Of a stretch of 64,000 nucleotides of DNA, positions 19,263 to 30,338 are shown in pieces. The translations under genes were made by a program, and so were the position numbers. The stretch's first letter is position 1, and each line of letters starts with the position of its first letter. Origin of the DNA: Escherichia phage vB_EcoM_FT; the sequence record MT682710.1, one strand, 5' to 3'. The notes beneath the pieces were generated by a model. It worked only from the letters and a program-made list of their open reading frames with translations, did no database searches and was not told the origin of the DNA.

Positions 19263-19805
19263 TTAATTCAAAATAGCTACCACTGCACTACGAGGTACTA
19301 CGCTAAAATCACCCGCATGAACAACGTTCAGAAGTTCAACACCATCTTCAATCCATTGGTCTGTTACCCAACCACAGACCGAAATAAATGGGGTCTTAAT
19401 AGCTACCGCATGAGTCAAAAGGTCAGTAGGATCAACTTCTTTGAAGAGGATAAGCTCTGCTTCAAAGACTATAGTTTTAATTACTTCATCATTATCTAAA
19501 CGGTGTACTCGAATCACGTAAGCTTTATTCTTATCATACCAGTTACTTTTTGAAAAACTTTTAACCACAAACTCGCCTTCACCAAAAGCATTAGTCAATG
19601 CTTTATAACCCAAATTTAGTTCAGTAGTTTTAATTTCAGTTTCAACCAGTTTGTAGGTTTTGCCAATTTCGATGGTCCGAGCAGTCATAAATGTTTCCTT
19701 AATTTCTAATGGTTTAACAAGAGTGCCGTACATGCTTGCTATATCCATATCAAACGGTTTAGCTACCGGATTTGGTATGTATTCAGGATTATAATTAAAT
19801 TTCAT
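19263..19805 (-). CDS. MotB paralogue (180 aa)
   Basis: C-terminal region (...CGWVTDQWIEDGVELLNVVHAGDFSVVPRS) aligns by eye with MotB (...CGYITDQWVEDGVKLYNVVFLGTYKVIPES). Confidence 0.6.
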   Translation of the reverse strand: MKFNYNPEYIPNPVAKPFDMDIASMYGTLVKPLEIKETFMTARTIEIGKTYKLVETEIKTTELNLGYKALTNAFGEGEFVVKSFSKSNWYDKNKAYVIRVHRLDNDEVIKTIVFEAELILFKEVDPTDLLTHAVAIKTPFISVCGWVTDQWIEDGVELLNVVHAGDFSVVPRSAVVAILN

Positions 19806-19807
19806 AA

Positions 19808-20347
19808 TTATCTCATTTCAATAAAATCTACGAGTTCAGCATGCGATTTGCGGAACATTACTTGGTGCCCACCAATGATAACTTCATCTTCAGGAACTTC
19901 GTATACAGCGAGATAAAATCCTTTAGAAGATAATTCTTCCCGCTCTTCTCGCGTGAACCATCTCATCATATCATATTCGCTAGCGAAAGCAAAATGATAA
20001 AGACCTATAAACCATCCTGGAATATGATATTCTACTCCAACATAATCTTTCTTGAACTTAGTATTAATTACTTTATTAGCGTTTTTAACTAATAGTTTAT
20101 CTTCGTGTGGTAAAGGAATTCTTTTATTATTATCGCTATGATGCATAAAATTAGGTCTGTCATAACCTACGTGTAATAACCACTCTTCGCTCCATGAATC
20201 TATTATACTCCTGTATGGCGTTATTTGAACACAAAGATTTCGACGTATTGTTATAGCATCTTCATAATCAAGAATACTAAACGATGATTCAACGCGATAA
20301 ATTTTCATTTTATTATCCTCAGTAGCTATGATGTTATAATACCACAA
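19808..20347 (-). CDS. hypothetical protein (about 166-179 aa)
   Basis: ORF; the true start may be the internal ATG (MKIYRVESS...) downstream of the early promoter. Confidence 0.5.
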   Translation of the reverse strand: MWYYNIIATEDNKMKIYRVESSFSILDYEDAITIRRNLCVQITPYRSIIDSWSEEWLLHVGYDRPNFMHHSDNNKRIPLPHEDKLLVKNANKVINTKFKKDYVGVEYHIPGWFIGLYHFAFASEYDMMRWFTREEREELSSKGFYLAVYEVPEDEVIIGGHQVMFRKSHAELVDFIEMR

Positions 20348-20366
20348 CTAACCGAGGAAGTAAACA
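20330..20366 (-). promoter_or_regulatory. early promoter
   Basis: Minus strand GTTTACTTCC, 17 nt, TATTAT. Confidence 0.5.
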
Positions 20367-20371
20367 ACTTT

Positions 20372-21055
20372 TTATCGTTTTGTTGGAAGAGACAGAGGAT
20401 CGCACTCTTCCTCTGACGGGGCATCTTCAAGACCCATAGCATATCGCAAAGCATACTTCATCATCAGGATGTCTTTCGCACAGTCATGAATAGAATCATG
20501 TGCAACGAATCCATCTAAGGTTCCCTTTGGAAGAGGACATGTGGTCATATCACGAACAAGCAGAAGTGCTTCAATTCTGGTACGAATATCACGCTGATTC
20601 CAGAATTTACAAGGTTCTAACTTAAATGTATCAAGCTCATTCTCGGAAACGCCGTTAAGACGTTGAATATCGCGAATGAGATCGACTAAAATTGGAAAAT
20701 CAAACGACATTCCACGGCACCAACCTTGAGATTTCCAAGGATCGATGTTATGTGCATTGATGTAATCATTAAATTTTGCAATACCATCGATAGTGCTTAC
20801 ATCTTCATCTGATGGTGCAATATTTTTTCTAGCTTCAGGTGATTGATTTTTCCACCATTCGATAGTGCTTTTAGTAAAAAGACGATGTCCTTTTTGGCTT
20901 TTTAAATCAAACTTGATTTTAATGCCACGTGAAACTAATTCATCAAATGTTTCAACGACTTCTGGATTAGGGTCAAAAGCAATTACAGCCAAATCAATAA
21001 CAGCTGCTTTTTCACCACTTCCCATTGTTTCAAAATCTATAATAAAATCAAACAT
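20372..21055 (-). CDS. dexA: 3'-5' exonuclease A (DEDD/DnaQ-like)
   Basis: 227 aa, the T4 DexA length; N-terminal exonuclease motif FIIDFETMG. Confidence 0.85.
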   Translation of the reverse strand: MFDFIIDFETMGSGEKAAVIDLAVIAFDPNPEVVETFDELVSRGIKIKFDLKSQKGHRLFTKSTIEWWKNQSPEARKNIAPSDEDVSTIDGIAKFNDYINAHNIDPWKSQGWCRGMSFDFPILVDLIRDIQRLNGVSENELDTFKLEPCKFWNQRDIRTRIEALLLVRDMTTCPLPKGTLDGFVAHDSIHDCAKDILMMKYALRYAMGLEDAPSEEECDPLSLPTKR

Positions 21056-21312
21056 TAAATTTTCCTTGCTAAATCGCGAATTTGACCTACAGTATAGTCT
21101 TGAATATAAACTTTATTAATAGGCTCATCAATAAATTTTGCCATAGATTCAATATCTTTTTGTATTTCTTCAAGACTGTATACTATCTTTAAAGCTTTTT
21201 CGCGAATAGTAATATTTTCAGGACCCTGATTTTCTTGAATGACAGCTTTAACATTTGTCATAAGAGATTTAAACTGGTACCAACTTAATTCAATCATTAA
21301 TAATCGCCTCAT
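21055..21312 (-). CDS. hypothetical protein (85 aa), paralogue of the next ORF
   Basis: Shared pattern with the 21290-21550 product (LEEI..D, V.I.DY..G.I..L). Confidence 0.5.
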   Translation of the reverse strand: MRRLLMIELSWYQFKSLMTNVKAVIQENQGPENITIREKALKIVYSLEEIQKDIESMAKFIDEPINKVYIQDYTVGQIRDLARKI

Positions 21313-21550
21313 AAAGATAGCTAATTTCGCCTAAAACGTAATCATTGATTGTAACAGTTTTCACTTCACCACAAAAGAATTCTAACGCAATTAAATCTCG
21401 TTCAATTTCTTCTAATTGAAGCATCAACTTACTAGATTCAATTTTTACAGTTTCACGATTTTTACCATGAGCAATTTCATAAATTTCGCTCACTTTATCT
21501 TGAAGCAGATAAAACTGATCTTTAGTTATTTCCACGAATAGCTTCCTCAA
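21290..21550 (-). CDS. hypothetical protein (86 aa), paralogue of the previous ORF
   Basis: Tandem duplicate of the 21055-21312 ORF. Confidence 0.5.
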   Translation of the reverse strand: MRKLFVEITKDQFYLLQDKVSEIYEIAHGKNRETVKIESSKLMLQLEEIERDLIALEFFCGEVKTVTINDYVLGEISYLYEAIIND

Positions 21551-21556
21551 ATTTAA

Positions 21557-22876
21557 TCATACATAAAATACATCATAACGACCACGGGTAACACCAACAT
21601 AAAGAAGTTGTTGAGCTAATTCAGCATCTGCATAATGAATACAAGGCGTATAAATGAAAGCACGGTCTACGGACATACCCTGAGCTTTATGGAATGTTGA
21701 TGCAGGAAGTGCTTTCACTTTACTAAACTGTGATTTAGCATCCCAAAAATCACTCCACGGGGCTTTTCCGCCTTTATTCCAATTTTTATAAGTTTCTGCC
21801 GTTTTACCTAAAAATAAATTAAACTTATATAGCTCTTCATCAGATGAAATTATTTTAATCTTTTCACGATAATATTCATCATCGCCGTAAGTTTCTACTG
21901 TTAAATCCCAATGACGAATTAAGTATTCTCCAGAAACACCACGAGCTTTAACAAAGGTTGATGTATACTCTGCTTCTATAATACGAACTAATTGTCCGTT
22001 ATTAAAAATAATTTCTGACACAGGCTTTCCATCAATTTTATATGTTTTAATTAATGGTTCCTGCATTACAATAATTTCACCGACAATAAAATCTTTATCA
22101 GTTTCAAAAATCTTTTTGCGAATAATGCTATTTAACTTGTCAACAGATTTATTCGTAAATGCCATTACGCGATTTTCAAACAAATCATCTAATGATTTTA
22201 CGATTGAAAAATAATTTACCATAAAATCGCGTAAAGCGGTATCACCAGTAAATCCACGTACTCCATGCCCGTCAACAACTTTATCATAAATCCACTTACC
22301 GTTGCGAACATCAGTAGCTACATCAATAATAGGAGCATTACTGCGTTTAACTTCAGTGAGTTCACACTGATAAAAATCTTTATGTGTAAAGAATGGACTG
22401 ATATAAGCGGTGTTTTCTCCTGGGTCAACAGGTCTAATTTGCTTATTATCGCCTATTCCAATTATAGTACACCACGGCGGGATAGTTGAAAGCAGAATTT
22501 TGAATAGCTTTCTATCATACATTGACACTTCGTCGCAGATTAATACCCTGCATTTAGCTAAATCCGGTACTTCCTTCTGTTCAAAAAGAACGTTTTCTTC
22601 ATATGTTACCGGGTTAATTTTAAGAATACTGTGAATAGTACTCGCTTCTTTCCCCGACAGTTTTGAAAGAATCTTTTTAGCTGCATGTGTAGGAGCTGCC
22701 AAAATGATACCAGTTTCACCCGTAGATATTAAAGCTTCAATGATGAACTTAGTAAGAGTAGTCTTACCGGTACCAGCAGGTCCATTAATAGTTACATGAT
22801 GTTTCTTTTCTTTAATAGCCTTCATAACAATGTTAAAGGCATTTTTCTGGCCTTCGGTCAAATCATCAAATGTCAT
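21557..22876 (-). CDS. dda: Dda DNA helicase (SF1B)
   Basis: 439 aa, the T4 Dda length; Walker A GPAGTGKT and SF1 helicase motifs. Confidence 0.9.
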   Translation of the reverse strand: MTFDDLTEGQKNAFNIVMKAIKEKKHHVTINGPAGTGKTTLTKFIIEALISTGETGIILAAPTHAAKKILSKLSGKEASTIHSILKINPVTYEENVLFEQKEVPDLAKCRVLICDEVSMYDRKLFKILLSTIPPWCTIIGIGDNKQIRPVDPGENTAYISPFFTHKDFYQCELTEVKRSNAPIIDVATDVRNGKWIYDKVVDGHGVRGFTGDTALRDFMVNYFSIVKSLDDLFENRVMAFTNKSVDKLNSIIRKKIFETDKDFIVGEIIVMQEPLIKTYKIDGKPVSEIIFNNGQLVRIIEAEYTSTFVKARGVSGEYLIRHWDLTVETYGDDEYYREKIKIISSDEELYKFNLFLGKTAETYKNWNKGGKAPWSDFWDAKSQFSKVKALPASTFHKAQGMSVDRAFIYTPCIHYADAELAQQLLYVGVTRGRYDVFYV

Positions 22877-23184
22877 CGTAAATTCCCTGCAATTGGAATA
22901 CTAACAATACGCCCAGTATCTAGAATTCGCTGATATAATCTTTGTGTGTCTACATCAGGCTTAACATGTTTAACTTCTATTTTATTAAACCAAAATTTAC
23001 GTGGAGTCTCAACTAATCTTGGAATTCCCTTGCCTAAAGCTAGTTGATACTGCTCTTTAAGAGTAGTAAATACTTTATCAGCAATATTCCATTCAAAAAA
23101 TACAGCAGGACGATGTTCATCAAGTGGAACTGGCGTTGTAAATCCGTCTTTGTCTCGGTAAACTATCGCATATACATAAACCAT
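22873..23184 (-). CDS. hypothetical protein (103 aa)
   Basis: ORF with ATGA coupling to dda. Confidence 0.5.
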   Translation of the reverse strand: MVYVYAIVYRDKDGFTTPVPLDEHRPAVFFEWNIADKVFTTLKEQYQLALGKGIPRLVETPRKFWFNKIEVKHVKPDVDTQRLYQRILDTGRIVSIPIAGNLR

Positions 23185-23185
23185 A

Positions 23186-23932
23186 TTATCCTCGGATAAG
23201 TTTAAAAATTGAACAATTTAGCGGGTATCCTCTTTTTAATTTGAGTTTATCAATAAATGACAAGTTTTGAAACCGCTCTACACCTTGAATAATTTTATCA
23301 CACATATCATATTGCATTTCTGCTTCTGACAACTTTTTCACAGTTTTCCAATCCGAGCCTTTAAGAAGAACGTTCAGTTTAACAACTTCAGCGCCTTCTG
23401 CTATGCGAGAACCATCAATACGAGCTTTAAGTGCTATAATCATCAGCTTAATGTCAGAGGTCTGTTTTGATTTAGAAAGCTGAGAAATGTGCTCAATTCG
23501 GTTTTCACGTTTTTTCTGTATAGCTTTAATTTGATTATAAGTCTTTTTGATTTTAGCCCATTTCTTTTCATCTAAATTTAGTTTATGAACTTTTTTCGCA
23601 GATGAACGACCAATTCGCAAAGCAAACAAATCACGCTTTTCAATCAACTCTTCTAAAGTATAATCAGAACGAAATGTATTATACTTTTTCTTTACTGCAA
23701 TAACATTCCCTTTAATGTATCCAACGTTATTATCAAAACGTTCTAATGATAATTTCTCTCCTTCAATACGATTATCAAAAGGTTCTCCCGAGTAAGCACA
23801 AACTTTCTGATCTAAAATGTTCTTAATGTAATTGAAGTCTAAGTTAAAATCTTTAGAACGTCTTTTTGCAGATGCCTGGGTATGCTCTAGACGACGTTTA
23901 ATTTTACGAATTTGATTATTAGACAGTTTCAT
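23186..23932 (-). CDS. srd: Srd-like protein (248 aa, basic, coiled-coil-rich)
   Basis: At the position of T4 srd between dda and modA; highly basic N-terminus. Confidence 0.55.
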   Translation of the reverse strand: MKLSNNQIRKIKRRLEHTQASAKRRSKDFNLDFNYIKNILDQKVCAYSGEPFDNRIEGEKLSLERFDNNVGYIKGNVIAVKKKYNTFRSDYTLEELIEKRDLFALRIGRSSAKKVHKLNLDEKKWAKIKKTYNQIKAIQKKRENRIEHISQLSKSKQTSDIKLMIIALKARIDGSRIAEGAEVVKLNVLLKGSDWKTVKKLSEAEMQYDMCDKIIQGVERFQNLSFIDKLKLKRGYPLNCSIFKLIRG

Positions 23933-24055
23933 ATTTTTCTCACATCTTACGGACGGTTAACTACTTATACTATAACATTTTTACCTTAACTTGTAAACAA
24001 CTTTATGTAAAAATGCTTTAAAACTTTCATGGTATAATGAATCTAAGTCCTTCCA

Positions 24056-24658
24056 TTATAGATTAAATCCTTCAAAATCAAGAGTATAGATAGTGTATGT
24101 TGAATACTTTTTGTACTCATATCTATCTGCAATTCTAAATACACTTCCAGCTGGTATCATTACTTCTTGTTCATCTGAAACTAATTCCATATTACGATAA
24201 CGATGACTATCCGGAAACTTAAAGTTTGGATTGTATTCTTTACAGCGTAGAGCTTTTATAGCATACTCCTGGAAATTGAATACCATAGGAGCTTTGAATT
24301 CAAAAATAACCTGTGTGTTATACTCTAAACCGGAAGCAAAATGTAGAGCTATATTTTTATCATATGAAGCTGATACTACTTTATCAAATGTAATAATATC
24401 AATTCCTTGATTTAACACTTGCTTAGTCTCGACTGGAACACCTCTCCAAAGAGGTTTATCGTTTGGAACCAAACGAGATTTGATTATTTCATTTAACCAA
24501 GTATGGTCATCTGGCTTATTGGTAATACAATGAATTAAAAGTTCAATTTCAGATAAATTAAACCCTTCAGAAAGCAATTCTTCACGAATAGAAGCACGCA
24601 CCGATGCATCCATTGATTTTATTTTAAAATCTTTTAGTTGCATTACTGAGTATTTCAT
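24056..24658 (-). CDS. modA: ADP-ribosyltransferase ModA
   Basis: 200 aa; R-S-E ADP-ribosyltransferase signature (LWRG, VSASY, FEF); tandem paralogue of modB. Confidence 0.8.
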   Translation of the reverse strand: MKYSVMQLKDFKIKSMDASVRASIREELLSEGFNLSEIELLIHCITNKPDDHTWLNEIIKSRLVPNDKPLWRGVPVETKQVLNQGIDIITFDKVVSASYDKNIALHFASGLEYNTQVIFEFKAPMVFNFQEYAIKALRCKEYNPNFKFPDSHRYRNMELVSDEQEVMIPAGSVFRIADRYEYKKYSTYTIYTLDFEGFNL

Positions 24659-25278
24659 TCAACTACCTCAATATCATAAACTTTAAATGTTCCAAATGAA
24701 TCGTGTAATTTTTCTTTTGAAATAGAAGTTATTCTATACTTTCCAATTGGAATCATCCATTCTTGTTCACGCACAATCATCATTAAGTTATCAGTACGCT
24801 CTGAATCTAATCCATCAGTATCTTCATACGTGTACTTAAACTCAGTATTAGGAGAAGAAAGTATAATATCGCTGATATGGTCAGAATAATTAAAAGCTTT
24901 ATTAGTTTTTAAGCGAAGTATTATTTTAGTAAAATATTCAGCGTAAGAAAAAGAACATGCTGTGAGCAAACTAGTAGTAAATGAATCTACCCTGTTCGTT
25001 GAAAACACTTCTCCAACTTGTAAATCTTTAATAAGTTCTTCTGTTGATTTTGATATACCACGATATAACTGATAAGGTGATTTAGTTAAATGCTTTTTAA
25101 TGATTTTATTCAATTGCCGATGAAGAGCTTCATTCTTTTTAGCTTCCATACATTGCCAAAGAACAGACTGCTCAAAGTCAGTAAATTTTTCACAGACCTT
25201 TTTATACATATCATATTGAAAATCAACGCTTTCAGCTTTTATAGATAACTGTTCAACATCTGCAAGATTAATAATCAT
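24655..25278 (-). CDS. modB: ADP-ribosyltransferase ModB
   Basis: 207 aa; LYRG and an E-x-E region; ATGA coupled to modA. Confidence 0.8.
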   Translation of the reverse strand: MIINLADVEQLSIKAESVDFQYDMYKKVCEKFTDFEQSVLWQCMEAKKNEALHRQLNKIIKKHLTKSPYQLYRGISKSTEELIKDLQVGEVFSTNRVDSFTTSLLTACSFSYAEYFTKIILRLKTNKAFNYSDHISDIILSSPNTEFKYTYEDTDGLDSERTDNLMMIVREQEWMIPIGKYRITSISKEKLHDSFGTFKVYDIEVVE

Positions 25279-25299
25279 GATAGCCTCCGTATACTTCAG

Positions 25300-25336
25300 A
25301 AGCTATCATATCATCGTTAGAAAGGAAAGTAAACAA
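25300..25336 (-). promoter_or_regulatory. early promoter upstream of modB
   Basis: Minus strand GTTTACTTTCC, 17-18 nt, TATGAT. Confidence 0.5.
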
Positions 25337-25345
25337 CTTTTTGAA

Positions 25346-25528
25346 TTATTTTGCCCAGGGAGCCCAGGGCGGAGGGTCAAGATGGTATGAAGCTAGTTCT
25401 TCTAGAAGAGCATCTGGGGCTTCAATTCCATAATTCTGTAATACTATACGGTACTCTTTCTTATAATCACTAGAATCATTCTGGATATTCGTAGAATGAT
25501 TATCTTCTAACATCTCAAATAAATCCAT
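25346..25528 (-). CDS. hypothetical protein (60 aa)
   Basis: ORF with a Pro/Trp-rich C-terminus. Confidence 0.4.
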   Translation of the reverse strand: MDLFEMLEDNHSTNIQNDSSDYKKEYRIVLQNYGIEAPDALLEELASYHLDPPPWAPWAK

Positions 25529-25536
25529 ATTAATTC

Positions 25537-26007
25537 CTAGCGATAAAAACCAAAATGACGATTAGCTTCAGCAATCTTTCTTTCTTCTTCGGACATTCTC
25601 CAGCGTAGTCCAACATCAAAATGAGCCCAGACCATCCTAACAAATGCATTTATATCTTTAATATCTTCAATAATGAATGTTTTACTTTTAGAAGGTTGAC
25701 TCGCTAATTTAACTTTATCGTCTTCAAACATGTCAAAAAGACCATATTCATGAGCTCTTTTATAGCCTTTAATAGTTAAAGCTTCAGAAGAAGAAAACGG
25801 TGAATCAGTATTCTGCAAAATATCTTCAGTATGCTTTATAATTAGAATAACATTTTCTGGATATTTTCTTTCTTTTATATCTTTAATTAAAATATCCGGA
25901 TTTTCTGCTAAAGGAATAATTAATGAACATTTTTTATCAAGTGTATTTACTGATTTACCTTCTTTGGACATAAATTCTATTGAATAGTGTTTTGCTACTT
26001 CAATCAT
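25537..26007 (-). CDS. hypothetical protein (156 aa)
   Basis: ORF; no assignable motif. Confidence 0.5.
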   Translation of the reverse strand: MIEVAKHYSIEFMSKEGKSVNTLDKKCSLIIPLAENPDILIKDIKERKYPENVILIIKHTEDILQNTDSPFSSSEALTIKGYKRAHEYGLFDMFEDDKVKLASQPSKSKTFIIEDIKDINAFVRMVWAHFDVGLRWRMSEEERKIAEANRHFGFYR

Positions 26008-26160
26008 GTGATTTCCTTTTGCCTACTAATGGACCATCAGGAATTTTGTTTTCCTGAATGTATTTCTCATTTTCTTCCATCATTTTACTGCCAATTTTAA
26101 GAAGCAAATCCATTGCTTCATTTGCTTTAGCTTTAGCCTCTTCTAACGTCATATCTCTGT

Positions 26161-26364
26161 TCATGATTTATCCCCATAGATGTCTCTCATTAATTTAAGC
26201 GCTGAGCGTTCTAATTTCTTTTCTTTCTCAGCTTTAATCATAGATTTCATCCATTCTTCTGATTCGTTCTGCATTTCTTTATTTGCTTGTTCAACCCAAC
26301 CGTCATCAATATACATTGAGTTTGGTCTATTGAACCATTCAAGCATTTTCTTCAGAACTTTCAT
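26161..26364 (-). CDS. hypothetical protein (67 aa)
   Basis: Lys/Glu-rich small ORF. Confidence 0.4.
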   Translation of the reverse strand: MKVLKKMLEWFNRPNSMYIDDGWVEQANKEMQNESEEWMKSMIKAEKEKKLERSALKLMRDIYGDKS

Positions 26365-26824
26365 TTATTTTACCTAAAACAACAGTAGGAGCATCATCAA
26401 ATTCATGAATTTTTAGCAAATTTGGGTTTAAATTATTCCATACATAATAAATAAAGTATGATAAAGCATCTTCACTCGCAATTATAAATTTATTTCCTTC
26501 ATTTATTTTCCAGTCATATACTGAATCGTACGAATAAAAAGATAAAGGATTACCATTATATTGTTCTGCGCTAACATTAATGTATTCGGATTTAGTAAAT
26601 GCTTCAATTGCTCTAAACGGACTATTTGGCACAGTTTCAATAATTCCGATCTTTTTAAGTTTTATTTCAACATCTTCTGGAACTGGCATTGAAACGAAAT
26701 TTTCTACGAGATACATAGGGTTACAATAACCCTTATCAATCACTACGGCTACAGTAATTGGAACATCTTTAGCAAACGACATGCTATTACTGCTAATATA
26801 CATTTCAAACAAAATCGCTTCCAT
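26339..26824 (-). CDS. hypothetical protein (161 aa from the internal ATG)
   Basis: The ATG at 26824 has a GAGGAAA RBS and lies just after the upstream stop; the longer track ORF start is unlikely. Confidence 0.5.
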   Translation of the reverse strand: MEAILFEMYISSNSMSFAKDVPITVAVVIDKGYCNPMYLVENFVSMPVPEDVEIKLKKIGIIETVPNSPFRAIEAFTKSEYINVSAEQYNGNPLSFYSYDSVYDWKINEGNKFIIASEDALSYFIYYVWNNLNPNLLKIHEFDDAPTVVLGKINESSEENA

Positions 26825-26832
26825 AATTTTCC

Positions 26833-27165
26833 TCAATCGCAAGATGTAGATGAACAACCAGAATCACAAGAATTTCCGCATGAATCACCTGCCCATACAT
26901 GAACAGGGACATTTGTATCATATGAATCAGAACTAGACTGTGTATTAGATGATGTAGTAGGTACTGACCAGCGCCAAGGATTTTTATAATATTCTTGGGC
27001 TTCTTCATAAGTCATAGTAACTGCTTCTACTGTTCCATCTCCCATATAAACATATTCAACTACAGTTAAAGGGAGGTAGTCATTTGAAATAGGAACTACA
27101 CCTTCTCCGGGAGTTGTAGAGAAAAAATCCGTAAAGAAACTTTTAAACCAATTAAAGATAAACAT
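26833..27165 (-). CDS. hypothetical protein with Cys-rich C-terminus (110 aa)
   Basis: Hydrophobic N-terminus; C-terminal [18 protein letters not shown]. Confidence 0.5.
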   Translation of the reverse strand: MFIFNWFKSFFTDFFSTTPGEGVVPISNDYLPLTVVEYVYMGDGTVEAVTMTYEEAQEYYKNPWRWSVPTTSSNTQSSSDSYDTNVPVHVWAGDSCGNSCDSGCSSTSCD

Positions 27166-27371
27166 TACAAAAAGCCTCTCTTGAATTCGACTTGCTTTTC
27201 GCCATAATCATATCGAATCTCTGCATTAAATTCGACAGAACCATCTGCGTACATCATAAATGAATGCACAACAACTTCTGTAGACCATGGCTGTAGTTCA
27301 TATTTCTTCATTACATGTCGTGAAATGATAATATCTAAATCTTCATTTGGTTTAATCCAGCGATTTAACAT
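27165..27371 (-). CDS. hypothetical protein (68 aa)
   Basis: ORF upstream of soc. Confidence 0.45.
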   Translation of the reverse strand: MLNRWIKPNEDLDIIISRHVMKKYELQPWSTEVVVHSFMMYADGSVEFNAEIRYDYGEKQVEFKRGFL

Positions 27372-27437
27372 AGTGCTCTCCTCTATAAGATAATTCTATT
27401 ATACCATACTCATTTTGGAAAGTAAACCATTTAAATG

Positions 27438-27460
27438 AAAAAGGACTCCCGAAGGAGTCC
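27438..27460 (-). terminator. rho-independent terminator downstream of soc
   Basis: GGACUCC-UUCG-GGAGUCC hairpin followed by U5 on the minus strand. Confidence 0.7.
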
Positions 27461-27466
27461 TTGAAT

Positions 27467-27712
27467 TTATTCACCAGTTACTTTCCACAAATCTTCATTT
27501 GCAGCAATCCATTCAGTACGTTGATTTTCTTCATATACTGTAGAATATGCTGCTTTTTCTGAAGGGAATGTCTGATAATGAGCACCAGAAATTTTGTGAA
27601 CGTCAGAATAAAGAGGGAAAGCTACAGAAATTTCCTTTCCTTCAATTTTCTTATTTCCATCTAATTTCTGCTCAAATGTTTTGATATTAACATAACCGCG
27701 AGTACTAGCCAT
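27467..27712 (-). CDS. soc: small outer capsid protein Soc
   Basis: 81 aa; sequence (MASTRGYVNIKTFEQKLDGNKKIEGKEISVAFPLY...) matches T4 Soc as recalled. Confidence 0.9.
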   Translation of the reverse strand: MASTRGYVNIKTFEQKLDGNKKIEGKEISVAFPLYSDVHKISGAHYQTFPSEKAAYSTVYEENQRTEWIAANEDLWKVTGE

Positions 27713-27728
27713 GTAATTCTCCTTTTAT

Positions 27729-27938
27729 TTAAATTACATGATTATTTATAATAAATTCTCGCGGAACGTTAAAATACCCAATTTTAGTTAATATAACAAC
27801 ATCGCCGTTAATAATTACCGGAGAATAATCTTCTGGAGCATTAAATTTCCAATGGGCTCTAATATTATATCCATCAGAACCAAATGCTCGACTAGCCGGT
27901 CTCCCGGCTTTTTGCCATGCATAAAAATCAAATTTCAT
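27729..27938 (-). CDS. hypothetical protein (69 aa)
   Basis: ORF between 56 and soc. Confidence 0.45.
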   Translation of the reverse strand: MKFDFYAWQKAGRPASRAFGSDGYNIRAHWKFNAPEDYSPVIINGDVVILTKIGYFNVPREFIINNHVI

Positions 27939-28132
27939 TTTGAATGCTCTATAATTAATTTTAAAGCTTCTTCACTGACAAAAATTTCGTCAGGACCTTC
28001 TATAACTTCAACCATATGAAGTTGATTAGTTAAGAGCTCACACACGAGCTCTTTGTTATAATCTTTAAATAGCTGGTCAATACGTTTCTTATGGGCTTTC
28101 TTGAGCTGGCGTTTATTTAAACTAGCCATCAA
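27935..28132 (-). CDS. hypothetical protein (65 aa)
   Basis: ORF with ATGA coupling to gene 56. Confidence 0.45.
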   Translation of the reverse strand: MMASLNKRQLKKAHKKRIDQLFKDYNKELVCELLTNQLHMVEVIEGPDEIFVSEEALKLIIEHSK

Positions 28133-28662
28133 TAACCTCGGTCTTGACGAGCGAAGTTTTCAGCATTTTTCAGATAATAAAGTTTAAAGATTTCTTCAGC
28201 CGACATTCCAAGAGCAATAAATTTATTCATGAAAAAGTGAAATTGATCAATCAGTTCAAATTTAATTTCAAGCTGATCTTCGGGAGATAAATCTTGAATT
28301 TTCTTGGATTGCATTTCAGAATAACGTTTCTTCCAAGGTTTCCATACAGCAGAAGCTTCTTTTTCACCATTACTCATACCACCAAGAGAAGTATATAGCT
28401 CGCGAGTTTCATCTGCGATATAATCGTCTTGGTTTCGCAACCAAGCAAGAACTTCTCCTGCAGTTTCAAGTGAATCAGGATGACGATTTGTTTCTGGCTT
28501 ATCATTAGCCAAACGAATCTGTAAATGCCGCTGCATGTCAAGCATAACCTGCAATGGGTCAATACTGTGCATAATATACTCAGCATATGCACGATTTGCT
28601 TTATCAACACCTTCGATCAAATGAGCACATTCATTAAAGTGAGCCATTATTTTTCCTTTCAA
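28129..28662 (-). CDS. 56: dCTP pyrophosphatase (MazG-like dCTPase/dUTPase)
   Basis: 177 aa at the T4 gene 56 position; MazG-type helical NTP pyrophosphatase character. Confidence 0.85.
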   Translation of the reverse strand: MKGKIMAHFNECAHLIEGVDKANRAYAEYIMHSIDPLQVMLDMQRHLQIRLANDKPETNRHPDSLETAGEVLAWLRNQDDYIADETRELYTSLGGMSNGEKEASAVWKPWKKRYSEMQSKKIQDLSPEDQLEIKFELIDQFHFFMNKFIALGMSAEEIFKLYYLKNAENFARQDRGY

Positions 28663-28707
28663 TTCATTAATAAGTTAAATAATTATATCATTTGAGTATG
28701 TAAGCAA

Positions 28708-30047
<1,340 letters not shown>

Positions 30048-30069
30048 TATATCATCCTCAGCAATTTAT

Positions 30070-30105
30070 TTTATAATACCATAACAAGCTGAGAAAGTAA
30101 ACAAA
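30070..30105 (-). promoter_or_regulatory. early promoter for the 186-aa ORF and dam
   Basis: Minus strand TTTACTTTCTC, 17 nt, TATTAT. Confidence 0.5.
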
Positions 30106-30137
30106 TTTGTGATAAATATTAATTTAAAGGAGGACAT

Positions 30138-30338
30138 ATGGTACAAAAATTAATGGCACTTGTTAATGCCATAAAAGGTAATAAAAAACGTATAGCTTTT
30201 ACTATTTCTGCTATGGTAGGAATTTTACTCTGGAACTTTATTTTATCACCAATTGCAATTGCGCATGGTGTTAATATTCCAGTAGTTACTCTTGATACAT
30301 TCGTAGATCTAGCATTTGCTTTAGTTGGGTTAATTTAA
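30138..30338 (+). CDS. small two-TM membrane protein (66 aa) on the opposite strand
   Basis: AAAGGAGG 5 nt before the ATG; GATAAATAT late-promoter-like box 18 nt upstream; two hydrophobic helices; stop overlaps the stop of gene 61 (convergent). Confidence 0.55.
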   Translation: MVQKLMALVNAIKGNKKRIAFTISAMVGILLWNFILSPIAIAHGVNIPVVTLDTFVDLAFALVGLI

